A stretch of DNA of 64,000 bases from Phoronis australis (taxonomy: Eukaryota; Animalia; Phoronida), in contig NMRA01000039.1 of NCBI GenBank assembly GCA_002633005.1, forward strand, positions 635,021 through 699,020, written 5' to 3'. Under the pieces are notes generated by a model. The model ran no database searches. It was not told where the DNA came from and was given only the letters and a program-made list of their open reading frames with translations. Made by a program: the position numbers and the translations under genes. This document shows positions 1-14,300 of the stretch, one piece after another. Positions within the stretch are counted from its first letter, which is position 1. Each line of letters opens with the position of its first letter.

Positions 1-516
1 TTGTGATTCCAGGGATGACAATAAGACTGGATCATGTTTGTGATTCCAGGGATGACAATAAGACTGGATCATGTTTGTGATTCCAGGGATGACAATAAGA
101 CTGGATCATGTTTGTGATTCCAGGGATGACAATAAGACTGGATCATGTTTGTGATTCCAGGGATGACAATAAGACTGGATCATGTTTGTGATTCCAGGGA
201 TGACAATAAGACTGGATCATGTTTGTGATTCCAGGGATGACAATAAGACTGGATCATGTTTGTGATTCCAGGGATGACAATAAGACTGGATCATGTTTGT
301 GATTCCAGGGATGACAATAAGACTGGATCATGTTTGTGATTCCAGGGATGACAATAAGACTGGATCATGTTTGTGATTCCAGGGATGACAATAAGACTGG
401 ATCATGTTTGTGATTCCAGGGATGACAATAAGACTGGATCATGTTTGTGATTCCAGGGATGACAATAAGACTGGATCATGTTTGTGATTCCAGGGATGAC
501 AATAAGACTGGATCAT
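1..516. repeat. 37-bp minisatellite, about 14 near-identical copies, running off the window start
   Basis: Unit ttgtgattccagggatgacaataagactggatcatgt repeated head to tail without spacers. Confidence 0.97.
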
Positions 517-649
517 ATTTGCGAAAAAGTTCATTATTTCGTTATGACAGGAGTAGAGGTATGTAATACAAAGCGATGAAAATATTGTGCAGTTATGTGT
601 AACCATAGAAAAAGCTCAATCTCTGCAAACTTCTTAACGAATTAATTAA

Positions 650-1070
650 TTAATTAAAATGGCTGGTAGGACTCAGATGAAACTTTCAGATGCCATGCTT
701 TATGTATGCAATCTCCAAAAACGCCGTTTTGTAAAATGATCTACTTTTACTACCAAGATTCGGACATCTGGGATTTTTATTAAAAACTCAAAAGTTTCAT
801 GTAACAAAATCGAAACCACAAATTCAGATGACTGTAACAGCATTTTTTGTGATTTCACCTCAAAAACTACCAAATGAAAAATTGGTCATTTCACTGACGG
901 TGCTGCTCTGCTATTATGTAACTTTTTTGCCTAACTTTACTAAGACATGATCACGCGACTTAATTAATTGCAGTTTGGCAAAATTAAGCGTTCTACTTTT
1001 GGAAAATATGTACTTTTGTTGGGTTATAATTCAAAGTTTTGTAGATATTTGGCTAAAGGCATAGATATGC
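650..1070 (-). mobile_element. Diverged reverse copy of the ~480-bp TTAA MITE family (see 9429-9908); boundaries approximate
   Basis: Reverse complement shares blocks agccaaatatctacaaaactttg, tgatcatgtcttagtaaa and ctgaaagtttca with the copy at 9429. Confidence 0.5.
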
Positions 1071-1113
1071 CGTCAAACATAGGCAGCTTGAGTCTTCCAA
1101 AAGCAAACATTAC

Positions 1114-1320
1114 CTCCGACAATCATGGCCAGGACCGAAAATATCTTCTCCCCATCCGTGTTCGCCGATATGTTGCCAAAGCCGACACTGGTCAGACTGG
1201 TCGTAGTGAAGTAGAGCGCAGATATGTACCAGCGGAACAGTGGTGCCATGTTGGTCGTGTTGAGAGGTTCCTCAGTGTCGCCGTTTTCAACGAGTCGGTG
1301 CTGCATGTTGGCTATCCAGC
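1114..1320 (-). CDS. KCNH8: Elk channel exon: turret, pore helix, GFG filter and start of S6
   Basis: [38 protein letters not shown]; acceptor ctttattcag, donor G|gtaatg; 207 nt, phase 1-1. Confidence 0.96.
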
Positions 1321-4300
1321 CTGAATAAAGTACAGTAACACAGAATTGCTGTAAATCTCAAGACGGAATCTCGATTATCAGCATAATTATTAGGTTAAGC
1401 GTAAAGTCATGTCATAAAATTTCACTTTGCCGAGTACAATATACTCCCTGCCAACTGTAACTCATCTCAAAGGAGTAACTGAAAGGAGACTTGAGAGGAT
1501 CAAAATTATTTCAAGGGCATCTTAGTCTACAGCAGAACAAAGCAATCATACCTACAGTCCAATTGCCCAGTGGATGATTTTTCATCTCCTCACGACCAAT
1601 CACAAACCAGATGCAGGCCAGCCAATGAGAGAGGAGTGCAAAGAGCGACATGAGCAGTGTGAGTACAACCGCGCTGTACTGAGAGTAGCGGTCAAGCTTC
1701 TGGAATAATCTGGCTAGTCGCAACAGGCGCGTTATCTTCAATAGTTGAATGGGCGTACCCTGCACGAAACAACGGACACATCAGGGATGTATTCAATAAC
1801 ACTTCAGAATGGAATAATAAATTACATTCACTGCAAAAACATGGTGATATCATACAAAAAACTCAAAAACCTGCTGTTGGGAGCAGAAATCTTTTTGGAT
1901 TTCTGTTCATTAGGTCATGTGATGTGACCAATAGGTGGCGTGCAGACCAGGCTTAAAAATGTTTGTGACACACCAGCTATGTCTTTCACCGAGTGGTTCA
2001 GAAACATCAAAAAGAATTTTGTGCGTTCAGATTCTGTTTAGCCACAGCAAGTAATTGTGTTCAGGTTGCAAAAGCTGTAATAAAACACATTAAATGCTCA
2101 TTCATCCGCCTGACCGATAAAGTTTTCTTGACTTTACAAGAAAACTTGAAGTTCGTAGTTCCCACTTCGAATGAGGCCCGACACAAAACCCCGTTTATCA
2201 ATATACAAATGCAATCTGCTACTCCAATAATAACATTGTGGATTTATTTTGTTCAAATCTAAGGGAACTTTGTTGTCATGAAGTAAAAATAAGAACTGAT
2301 CTTAGCCGAGGAGTATAAGTCTAGTCAATGCTCCCAAAACTATTTCCAAACTAAATAAGTACCCACTCCTTAAGACAGTGGTGTAGCAAAGCAGCCAGGC
2401 AGAAAATAACCTACCCTAGGCGCCACTCAAAGCCAAGGAGACTAGCAAACACAATGTGAAAAGCTGGCAGGGGCTGTGAGAGGTGACGTCATCAGCTATT
2501 GTGATGGGAGAGTAACTGATCCTCCCGAAGCTACCAACACATGGATGTGTTCATTTGTCACCATAGAATATTGCGAAAATAATAACAGTAATAATAACAA
2601 CAACATCAATGATAACAATGATCGGTGATGTCATGGCTATGATAACTGAAAGCGATCCTGACAACGGCATCGGCTTTATCATAAAATGAAAAATCTTTCT
2701 TCAAAAACAGCTCATCAAACACAATGTTTTGGTTAATTTACACATTCAACAATGGCACGCAAAATTTTTGGTTCGGGGTCAAGGTCTGAACACTAATTTT
2801 ACGAGGTAAGGATAGTGAACTAAAACACGAACTTTGACAGGCAGCAATTAATGAACAACACAGGAATGTTATTAGTCAGTCGTTTGCGACCCGGAAGCAA
2901 GTGAACATGGAGTGTGTACATGGTCAGGGAACAGTGACGTGATCTACTCTCTCCCTCTACAACTGAGGTAAGTAGTTGTTCTAATCTACTGTGCCCACAA
3001 TGATAGTGTTACAGTTTCTGATCAATTCACACGTGCTGTAAGGTAACTGGTTATCTCGTTACCGAAAGTCACATTTTTTTTTTTCGAATATTGTCTTAAT
3101 TTAGACACTAAGTTTTTACCCATGAAATCATCTTTGATGAGCAAAGAGACATACAATGTATCACTTTAAACTTTTTTCTTTCTAAAATTGTGATTTTCTG
3201 CAGAGATCATTGCAACTTAATAGCGGACTTGAAAATTTTCATTCAAAACTAGCAAATACTGCTTACTTGTTCTAGTAACAACAAACTGTGTATCTGAGAC
3301 TTCATTTTCAAGTCTTTTAGCCCGAGAACTTGTCTTTCAAAAATTAATACTTTCACTAAAATTCTGTGAAAACTTCACTAGTCAGCTCAGCTCTCAAGCT
3401 AAGAGATCTTAAAATAAAATCCCAGACCTCTTTGTAGATAACAGAATGAACAAATTGAAGTGCCAAATTTCGAGTACAAATTTCCACATCTGTCCTAGTT
3501 ACGGTACTTTGATCTCCATAAACATCACATATTTAAAAAACAAACAGCCACCTGACTGACTACAAACACTTGAGCACCATTGTGCAAGTATTCTGTGTCT
3601 CAATACAACAGTTTCATGGATCAAAACTTGGTACTTAAGAAATATTTTTGAAAAAAATGTGAGCCTTGGCAACAACAGTAGTCAGAAACCTTAACAAATA
3701 GGTGCATCTATAACTGCTTTCTCAAGCTAAGTAAATGGGAGACTCGATACTCAATAGGTGGAGCTAGTGAGGAAAAGGTCCACACCTTTTTAACATCTGA
3801 ATTCAGTGAAAACTACAAATCAACAGTGAGGAGTTTTGGAATGAGAGTGTCACGTGACTACTAGAAATTATGCAATTTATACACTAGGTAGGTCGTGTGT
3901 CAATAGCGCCACCTGGTGACCTTCGAGCTTCTCCGATTTGCCAACTGCCGGCAACATCCCAAAAAGTCAGCACACAATAGGATTTGAGATTTTGACAACG
4001 GTCCATCTAGCCAACTTATGAACCACTGCTTGTATGTCTCTAGTCAAACGGGTAATACTGAACGGGCAGAGTTGAATTTTGACTAAGAAAGCAATTTTAC
4101 AGGGAAACTGGGACTTCACATTACATTACCTCAAGAATCTGAAAAGAAATTGGAAAATGCTTTACTGACAGCACCATGTTTAAAAACTCTCAATTAAAAA
4201 TTGTCTAGAGGAGATTTTTAACGCCAGGTAGCATTTCACATTCGACTCTGATCAAATGGAATGCTGCAACTGGATCTTTGGCAGCAACATTAGCAACTGC

Positions 4301-5315
4301 GAAGTTGTTTTACTTAAATACAAAGCTGCCATGATGTCGTGATTTGTTCATGAAAGTAGGCAGCTCAAAGAAACAATGGTAAAATTCTTCAGCACGTGAC
4401 AGAATACGGCAGACAAGTGAAATAATTTGTAAATTTTTTAGCAAAAAGTATCCTTTCAGGAAATTCCACTTTGATTACAGTACGGTTTGGTAAAATTTGA
4501 GAAAAATGGATACTACAGCAATTAATTTTGTCCCAAACGGAAGATTTTCACAATACCACAAGACACTGAAGCCTGAATTTAGTATTACAAAATTGGGTTA
4601 AGTTGAAGTTCAGCGTTACAGTTGTTTTAGTTCATGCAATCAAGCCTTCAGATAAGTCGCATTTCACCTCAATCACATATAATCTCTTACATGTTTCAGC
4701 TACGCATATGTCGTGTATTTACCACTTTTACTTCATTTCATTTCCTTCCTTCCTGGAAATGAGACGACTAGTCTCAAAATTTAGCCACCTGTTTGGACGT
4801 TTTTACACAATACGTCGATGGGCAATAGCTCATTCGCCAGTAAAGACTTCCCGTGGTGTTTGCTGGAGCTTTTGCAGAGCAGAATTTAATCCAAGGTTTA
4901 ACAGACGGTCACAGACAGAAGTGCATGTGTTATGTCCAACTTCACGTTCATTATATAACTGTGCAATCATCCTTCATCAGATCCTGGGTTTGGCTATTCA
5001 AAGCCCATAGGGAGTAATAAAACAATTATCTTCTCTGCCAGGGTTAGAAACCCTTTGTTAAGCTGTGTTTACAAATACAAGCCAACAGGGACAGTTGTAT
5101 GACTAAGAGCAAGGTTTACAAAGAACTACTTTCACTGACATTGCATGTTGGTTTCAAAAGGTCTACTGTGTGTAAACAACACCCATGACTTACAACCATG
5201 GGACACTGATGATTTACAACCATCTGTAAAAGTCTAAGCCACTATGCCCACTGGCAAGCCCAAAATGTAATGAGTTATATGTTCTAAACCTCTCCACTTG
5301 AGCTTGCCAGAAGGC

Positions 5316-5356
<41 letters not shown>

Positions 5357-8300
5357 ACGCACACGCACACGCACACGCACACGCACACACAAAACTAGGG
5401 ACTATTTCATGAGACTAAATACCCAAGCCAGAAAATTCACAATTGCTGAATAAAATTTTTGCCGCCTAATTGTTGGCACATCACAGTTGAGAAATAATTT
5501 AAACAAATTATTTGAGCAACTAGCAGTGAATGGCCTGTTTTCAGAGACCTTGTCGCTTTGCCGAGACGAGACAAAATTATTTTTGGAAATAGTTGTGTGG
5601 AGCGTAAGAAGAAATGTCCGACTCGTCACTTTTCATGAAATGGGCCCCTAAATATGGATGGCAAATTGGCAACAGATACTTACAGTGCTGATGTTCATTA
5701 CATGGAGAAAGTCGAATGGTATGGCCGCTAGCAAGTCGAGAAAGAACCACCCCCTGACGTAATGAATGGCTATGAGCCGCGGGTGATAAATAACCTGGCC
5801 CGCTTTATTTACATATGTGGTGCGGAAATGCAGCGTTATGTCTACAACGGAAGAGAGCATCAAGTGGATGTTTGTTAAAATTGATCGTTCAGTCAGTGCA
5901 ACACTACCTTGAAATCATATCAGAGATGATTAATTGCACTAATGATCCATTAATTTCGCACAAATGGTGTTTTTGTACCTTGCTCAAATACTGGGAACGT
6001 TTCCAAATGTTATTCATGACATCTACACTTAACATACCATGCTGGTAATTACCGTAATCGGTCGGGTTAACGCCCTGGGCGGTTAAATTGGCGAGTCCAA
6101 AAAATCGGAGGAGGGCGGTTAACTGAGCAGTGGGCGGTTAAATCGAAAATCCACCTAAAGTAGGGGATGGGCGGTTAACCGAACATGGGCGCTTATCACG
6201 ACAGGCAACCGCCCTGGGCGGTTAATCTTACCTGGCGATCTAAATCCCGACACGACAATCATACTCGGAAAGCGTAGCCCTTTTCAAAGAGCTTTATCGT
6301 CACGTCGCCAAATGACTGTGAAAACATCATAACAGCGGATGATCCCAACAAAGATTCTCTTGCCTTCAGATTAGTCATTCACTATTAAATTTACAAAATT
6401 GCTGAGTAAAAGCCCCGTGCCAGTGACCTCGCAGCCTCCACTAGAATAAAAACTGTCTCATGATGTGACCCTGCTTAAGTGCGCGCGTGCAAGCTTCACG
6501 TGGTGCAGAGGTCAAACATCAAATTTATGGTTACAGTCTCGTACTATATGTAGCTGTCAAGTTCTGACTCAGAGAGCAGTTTTAAAATTGGTTGTAATAA
6601 AAGTTTGAAAAACTTAACTCTGTTGTTTTTTNNNNNNNNNNNNNNNNNNNNNNNNNNNNNNNNNNNNNNNNNNNNNNNNNNNNNNNNNNNNNNNNNNNNN
6701 NNNNNNNNNNNNNNNNNNNNNNNNNNNNNNNNNNNNNNNNNNNNNNNNNNNNNNNNNNNNNNNNNNNNNNNNNNNNNNNNNNNNNNNNNNNNNNNNNNNN
6801 NNNNNNNNNNNNNNNNNNNNNNNNNNNNNNNNNNNNNNNNNNNNNNNNNNNNNNNNNNNNNNNNNNNNNNNNNNNNNNNNNNNNNNNNNNNNNNNNNNNN
6901 NNNNNNNNNNNNNNNNNNNNNNNNNNNNNNNNNNNNNNNNNNNNNNNNNNNNNNNNNNNNNNNNNNNNNNNNNNNNNNNNNNNNNNNNNNNNNNNNNNNN
7001 NNNNNNNNNNNNNNNNNNNNNNNNNNNNNNNNNNNNNNNNNNNNNNNNNNNNNNNNNNNNNNNNNNNNNNNNNNNNNNNNNNNNNNNNNNNNNNNNNNNN
7101 NNNNNNNNNNNNNNNNNNNNNNNNNNNNNNNNNNNNNNNNNNNNNNNNNNNNNNNNNNNNNNNNNNNNNNNNNNNNNNNNNNNNNNNNNNNNNNNNNNNN
7201 NNNNNNNNNNNNNNNNNNNNNNNNNNNNNNNNNNNNNNNNNNNNNNNNNNNNNNNNNNNNNNNNNNNNNNGGAGTCCCGGCGTCGTTGCACTCATTGTGA
7301 TCATCGATCTTTTTCTAAAAGTCGGGGAATCGCGCGTTTCCTTAGCACTAGGCGCTAAATCTTCATTCTTTAAAAGTCGGGGATGGGCGCTTAACCGAGA
7401 GGTGGGCGCTTAACTGGAAATCCTCAAAAAACGCAGGGGGGGCGGTTAACCGAGCAGTGGGCGGTTAAATCGAAAATCCACTTAAAGTCGGGGATGGGCG
7501 GTTAACTGAGCATGGGCGTTAACCCGAACGATTACGGTAGTTAGTAATCTTTATTCTAGTGGAAAATTTGACAAAATTTAATTTTATCGGCCAGCCATAT
7601 TGTGCACTAAAGAAGTGAATAATTACCGTAATCACCTGAAAAATGGCTTCTTTGAAGGAAGGACTTTTAAAAATTGAGAATATCTGAATGTGCTGTTATG
7701 TTAAATCTGAGTGCGTATGACTAGGGATTATGACGAGGACTTATAAATCTCTAGCAGGCTGTATGTTGTTCATATCACATGACCAGTAGTACAGTCTGAT
7801 AATGTTACAATAGGATCACACTTAGACACAATATGGCGGACAAATGGGACTTTATTTTCTTCATAAAATGTAAGTTGTATCAAACAAACATTTTTATTAT
7901 TTCAAAGTTCCGCAGTATAGATATCATCAATCAACGTCTTGAGACACTATGAACATTCATAACATCACAAGCCATTGAAAAATTGTAAAAATCACACATT
8001 TCTCAAAATTGGTGATATTTTACTCCACCCCTATATCCTACTCAGGGTCTACTTTCAGAAACCAGACCCATAGCTAGTCATTAGAACCTTTTGAAAGTAC
8101 ACAATGGTTGTTAACCCACTTATTATCACTCATCTCTTCTTTAAGAGACTTGCCCATAACAGGACTCTGAGCACTGACGCACCTATGATAAATAAAACTT
8201 CGACTACAACGTCGCTGTACACCGTGTCCTTGATCATGTTCTGGGGGATGAACGCTGCATTGTACGGCACCATAATGGCTATGTAGAACATGCACAGTAG

Positions 8301-11300
8301 GATCAGCCAATCCCAGCCAATCTTGAATATCCCATAATGCAGCAGGATGAACTTTGACTTCTTCACCTGCTGAACTTTGTACTCTGGCAATGTCTGTTTC
8401 CCTGATAGATTTTGAATCTGCAAAAGTCATCGACATATGTTAAGTGAGGAAACTGTTATAATTGAAAAATGCACAGGATACGAGTAGAGTAAAAAGGATA
8501 ATGTTGTTTGAAAAGCAAATCAGTTATACAAGCAAATTTAATCTCTAGAGAAATCAAAGTCTTGACATAGGATTAGCCACAGCAACAGTGATGACAAAAT
8601 AACGTAATTGTTGACAAAATCTTTCATAAGTGCATAAGACAAAAATACACAAATTCGCATACCTGAAAACACACAAAGCAAACCATATTACATGTACATT
8701 TTACATGCAGACTAAAATGACAACTTCGTGAGAAGTACAAATTCAGCTCACCGTGAAAATCGTTAATTTCAAGGTTAACTAACAAAAGTCACAGGAGTTA
8801 AAACACCATTGATAATGCATAAAAATAGTTAAGGTAGTGAACTTTCAGATGCATATACAGAAGCAATACAGAGATGATACTTAATCATTAAATCAAATAA
8901 CAAACAATCCAAACTTAACTCATAACCGTAAAGTAGTTCCGTAAACTGTCACCAGGATTTGTGGTGGCAGCAGGGTCTGGACACTCTTAACCCACCCTTA
9001 CGTTGAGCAAATCTTTACCAATGCCCGGTTAGTTAATTTAGTTCTCGAGTAAAATCTCAAGAAAAATTTCACAGCATCTGAATATGTCCAAGAGTCTCTT
9101 TGGAAGTGTTGCTAGTGTTAAATACTCCAGAACCTTTCATGAACACAGCAAGGAGTCTGTCTGCAACATGAATCCTGCAACTAGGTCTTAACAACTTGTC
9201 GCTTTTACCTACTATCATCAACATGAAGCCCATTAAACAGAGATAAATGCCCAGAAGTCCAATCAAAATTGATACAGACGATGATTTACGTCGTTTTTAG
9301 CAGATGGACTAAATCCTTTCCTATACATCCCTGCCCTGGAAATGTGGCCGCATAATCCATAAAAAGGTTATCATGACAACCCAACACACCCACAATGATC
9401 CATCCTTTCCACAAAAATGTACATTTAAGGTTATGTAGGACCTTATAAACAAGTCCATAACTCAGCCAAATATTTTAAAAACTTTAGATTTTAACTCAGT
9501 TAAAGTAGACCTTTTCTGAAAGTGGAAAGTCTGCAGAATTTGATTTTTGACGTATTACCAATCTGGCTATAACTGGGACACGGGACAATGTCTTTTTAGT
9601 AAAACTTAGTAACAAAGCTTCAGAGATAGCAAAACAACAGTATTAAAAACATGAGCAAATTTTGCTTAATATAAGACGACAATGGTACAGTTTTCTAAAT
9701 TTTCATGTCTGCTTTATGCAACTTTTGAGATTTTTTCATGAAAATCATAAAAGTCCTATTTGTTGATAGACCCTCCTCAAACATAGAGAACAATGTATAA
9801 AGCACACTTCCTAGCTGAAAGTTTCATATGAATCCAAGCGGTCATTTCTGAGATGTGATGTTCACAACTTGGCCAAATTTGGACATTTTTATAAGAACCT
9901 ACAAAACCTTAAAACAAAATCCTCCCCATATCTTCCATTCACAAGAACATCAACAACAAGGCATTGTCACAAACATAAGTCAAATGTGAATGAAAACTTT
10001 AATCATTGTCACTTACAAAAATAAACACACACACACCAGCAGTGGAACAATAAGTGTAAAAAACTTTATAACAATAAAAATCTCATTCTCAACAGAACCA
10101 TCTTTAACAGCCATGCCTAAGCGCCCTCTTTTGCTCAGTGATAAGACTATTCATTAGTAGGACCTTATGGACAAGCCTGTGCATTCATCCAAACGTCTAC
10201 AAAACTCTGGAATTTTAGTCTAGAGAATTTGATGTTTGACTACACCAATCTTGCAGTTGATTGGGTCAGGTGATCATGTCTTTTTAGTCCAATTCAGCAA
10301 AAAAGCTGCAATCACAGTAAAATAACGGTACCAACGCTACCAATAACGTACCCAAAGATGGTTTGATAAAATGTTAAGCATGAAATCACAAAAAAGCTGA
10401 TTTTTTTGTCATTTATCATTTTCATTTCATGCAATTTTTCAGAAATTTCTTCATAAAAATCATGTAAGTCCAATTTTTTGATAATCATTCGTGCACACAA
10501 GTGGGTCACTTTAAAAACAATTCTTAGCAGACTTATGGAGAGCAGTGCATATTTAGCACCGAGTCTCATATGAATCCAATCAGCAGTTCCCAAGATATGA
10601 CATTTCAAATTTAGCCAAATCTGGACACTCCAACATAACCTTAAGAATGTTATAAACCTGATCTGAATGACTGCACACTTCGGCCACTATCTACTAAGTT
10701 GGAAGTTTTTGTTGCACTAAAGTCATCCAACTTCAAACAATAATCTGAAGTCTGGCAAATTTTGAAACATTGCCCAAGTTCCTCATAACCTAAAGGTCAA
10801 AAGGTCAAGGAAGGATGGAACCAGGTGTTTCTAGTAAACTAATGAAAAAAGGAAAGGTACCCTTATAACAAAATAAAGCTCCCAACAACTGCTTAAGTAC
10901 TACAGACTTAGCCAAATTTGCTGTAACACATGCCATGATAATATTCAAGTATGGGCTTTTGCAGAAAAATTTCGCAAAATAAAATTGCACTGGTCTCTAC
11001 CATAATGTATGGTAATTCTCCGTTTGAATCACATGAAAATAATTGTGTAGACCGTAACTACTCGTCCTATTTATATCTCAGTTAGATAATCACAGATGGC
11101 TGTTAACCAGGGTTCTGCCAAGCTATAGTCTCAAAGTCAAACCAAGGTTTTACCAAACACCAGTCTCCACCAGAGGTCTCTTCTAAAGTAGACTTCTCCT
11201 TCTGTAAATGTTCGACCATTTATGATTCTTGCCAAATGCAACATACATGAAATTAAAATAGTTTTTTAAAATTACTTGAACTAGCTGCCAAAACACAGCT

Positions 11301-14300
11301 GCAATTTCTTAAAGCCACATAAAGCGCCGTCTCTGAAAACATTCTCTCTACAGGTGAAGATACCTTTTGAAAGTGCAATACAGCAAATTGATACACCTAA
11401 TTTCAAGTTGCTGGAGTCAATTGGCTGGACAATCAGGTGGCTCAAATTTAAATTAAAACAACTTTATTGTATTTTGTACATTGAAATGAACCGCGACTTT
11501 TGAGCTGGGTACAAAAAAAATTCCTAAAGTCATGTGACCTTACATTCTCTGACAACAATCGTGGAAAATTTTGTTTGAGAAATGTGATCTATAATTATTG
11601 TAAAAGAATGAAAACACGCACCTTTGGGACGATCTTGTACCCGGAACAAATAGGATTTGGTTTGATGCGTAACATACAGAAAATATAGGTTGAATTTGAA
11701 TTTAAGCCACCTTGTTGGCTAACCTCAGGTTCGGCCACAAACACTCACTCCATGAACCGAAGAGAGCTCACTCCTTCGCCAAGATTTGTCCCATGATGAG
11801 TCATAACCAATGGTCAGTGCCTCCAAGTGTGGTGAGCAGCAAAAGTGACATGCTACCAAGGAGACGGACAACCAAGCTGGTATTGTTCACATTCAAAGAA
11901 CAATTTGATCACTCAAATGGATCAGAGAACTAACGGGAAGTCCCTTTGCCTGATACCTGTTAGATTTAAGCCAGATGGCTAGAAATGTATGGCCAAACAA
12001 TACAGCTTTACTTACTGTTAACCCAGGTAGGTTGTCTCGCATGATTTGCTTCTGGCATTTTAATATATCGTGGGGCAGATCTTGGCAATAAAATGGTTTG
12101 GCGGCCAGATTTAACGCCTGAAACTACTTGATCGATTCTCATTGAAAGAAATTAGCAGATTGATTTCACAACTCCCAAATATGGCTTTAAGAACCCAGTG
12201 ATAAAGTGTTCCGTGCATTAAGTTAGGAAAAAGCTAGGATATACAGTAATTTAACAAGGCTACGACATTGTGTCATTTGAGTTAACCGTCTTGTTGCATA
12301 GACAGGTATTCAAGGTCGATGAGCAGAAGTCCATAAGCACCTTTGGCGGAGACTGACTGAACTTAAGTAGCAAACCACTCGTACATGAGGCAGTGAGCGA
12401 GTGTGCTCCAACCATGACTAACCTCGCTGGCAATAGCCGACGATGAGTTGACCTTCACGTAGCCCAGATTCTTGGAAATCAACACAAAACAATCAGGACT
12501 ACACAGCTCTTAAGGTTGGCACTTCAATCAAATACTAACACATCCGTTTTGCCCACTGGCACATAGGGGGCGTGAAGAAAGGCTTTCCCTTAACCTTGCT
12601 AACAACCAATTTGAACGACAGATTTCATGTTCTGAGGAGAGACTTGACAAGATTGGCAATAATGGTGCAATAAATGGTGTCACATCCTCATAAAATTTAT
12701 GGCCCAATTTCTGTGTTGCTTTTCATAAACAATCAAAACGGACACGAGACTGAATTGCCATGCTCAACTGTTCAAGCACTTCCTGCACATCAAAAGTCAA
12801 AAGCAGATCCCAAAACAGCCATCAGAAGTCCAAATTAAATGAATACCCCCCCCTGAATGAGCCCTAAACGGTAAATACCCACCTACTGGTACAGCCTGGG
12901 ATGACTGTGTGATTTCGGCTGTCTTGTATGGATGAGCATATTTCCTGAACTGCACTAATGAGCTGTTTTCAGCTGACTTTTGGATCATTTTGGCTGCTCG
13001 GAAATCTCTGTTATCACCACATAATTGCGTACTGAACACTGGACAATCTTGAATAGCAGCATGCCTGCGCGCACAGACTTTCTAGGGCCATTTTTAAGAC
13101 ATTCCCACGAAACCATATTGTACGGATATTCATGAACTTGAAAGTCAGCGTACAAGTGAAATGGTTTACACGACTGTCATTTGCTAATAACTTGGTGCAG
13201 ATCAGGAAACAGTTAGACATACGTCCATTGTTTCATAAAACCATAGCTCTGTTAGCTACACAAACATGTTAATTTACAGTTGTATAACAAAGTAAAGTAT
13301 GATTGTCACACACTAATCAACAATGATACAGCAGTGTGAGATCATCACTTCAGCCAAAAGAGTGTGCAACAGACACTTTTCCTCAATTTCCACAGGCAAG
13401 AATCGACTATACACAAATTTAAATCAGATTTAAATAAAAACACAAACTGCAATCAAATCAAACTAAACAAAACCACGCCAAACCAAATCAATATAAAAAA
13501 AGAATAAAATCACTTCCATGGCTTGCTTTTCTATGTTAGCTGAAGTAACAGATGACTTATGACTCTAAAGTGTTTTGTTTTTTCTCAATGATTCTCTCCT
13601 AAAACACTGGCGGGGTGTAATTGCAAAAACAAAATGTCGGTCACAATAGTAGATAGCTGTCATAACAACACCCCTACCCCACGCTAACAATTCTTTCAGT
13701 TTCATATTTGACCATGACCGAAACGTCCACCCTCATTGCTACTCGTTTTTCTTACCGGTATATTAGAGGACAGCAACAGTAAAACTAACTTAACTACCTC
13801 AATTAATGATCGTAACATATCTCTAGATTATAATGAATGTCCAATTGCAATTATTGTGGCTCTGCTAAATTACATTATCAACTCTGCACTTGATATCTAA
13901 TGAGGGCAACGAACGCTGCAACAGCCTCATGATAATACGCTGTGAAAACATCTACAGCGCACACCAAAATAATCCGACAGAATCGCCCGTGACTTTCTGT
14001 CATGACACATGAACGCCATCAATATTCTCAGTCATGACAGCCGAGAGACGCCGAACTCATCATCAGCTGGCGGGTGATGAATGTTACTATCTGTGGTGAC
14101 GTGGTATTTTGTCCCCACTCTTTAGGTGTGTACTGCTAGACATCCTAACCAGTTAAAACCAAACTGCTCTTGAAACAAAGATAGCTAGCACTCCTCTATT
14201 AGCTTTATTGTCGAGCAAGGTTCGTGGCAATACCCAAAAACGTAACTTTATCGGCTTCAAAAAGTATCCAAGACGACGAGACTGAACCCACTCGTGTAAT

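Noticed and set aside
1-516. 37-bp repeat as a CRISPR array
   Set aside because: No spacers between the units, and the context is a eukaryotic intron
968-1324. 118-aa plus-strand ORF
   Set aside because: Antisense shadow of the pore exon plus a MITE remnant
6582-7304. Long ORFs over the gap (also 47482-48216)
   Set aside because: Artefacts of N runs
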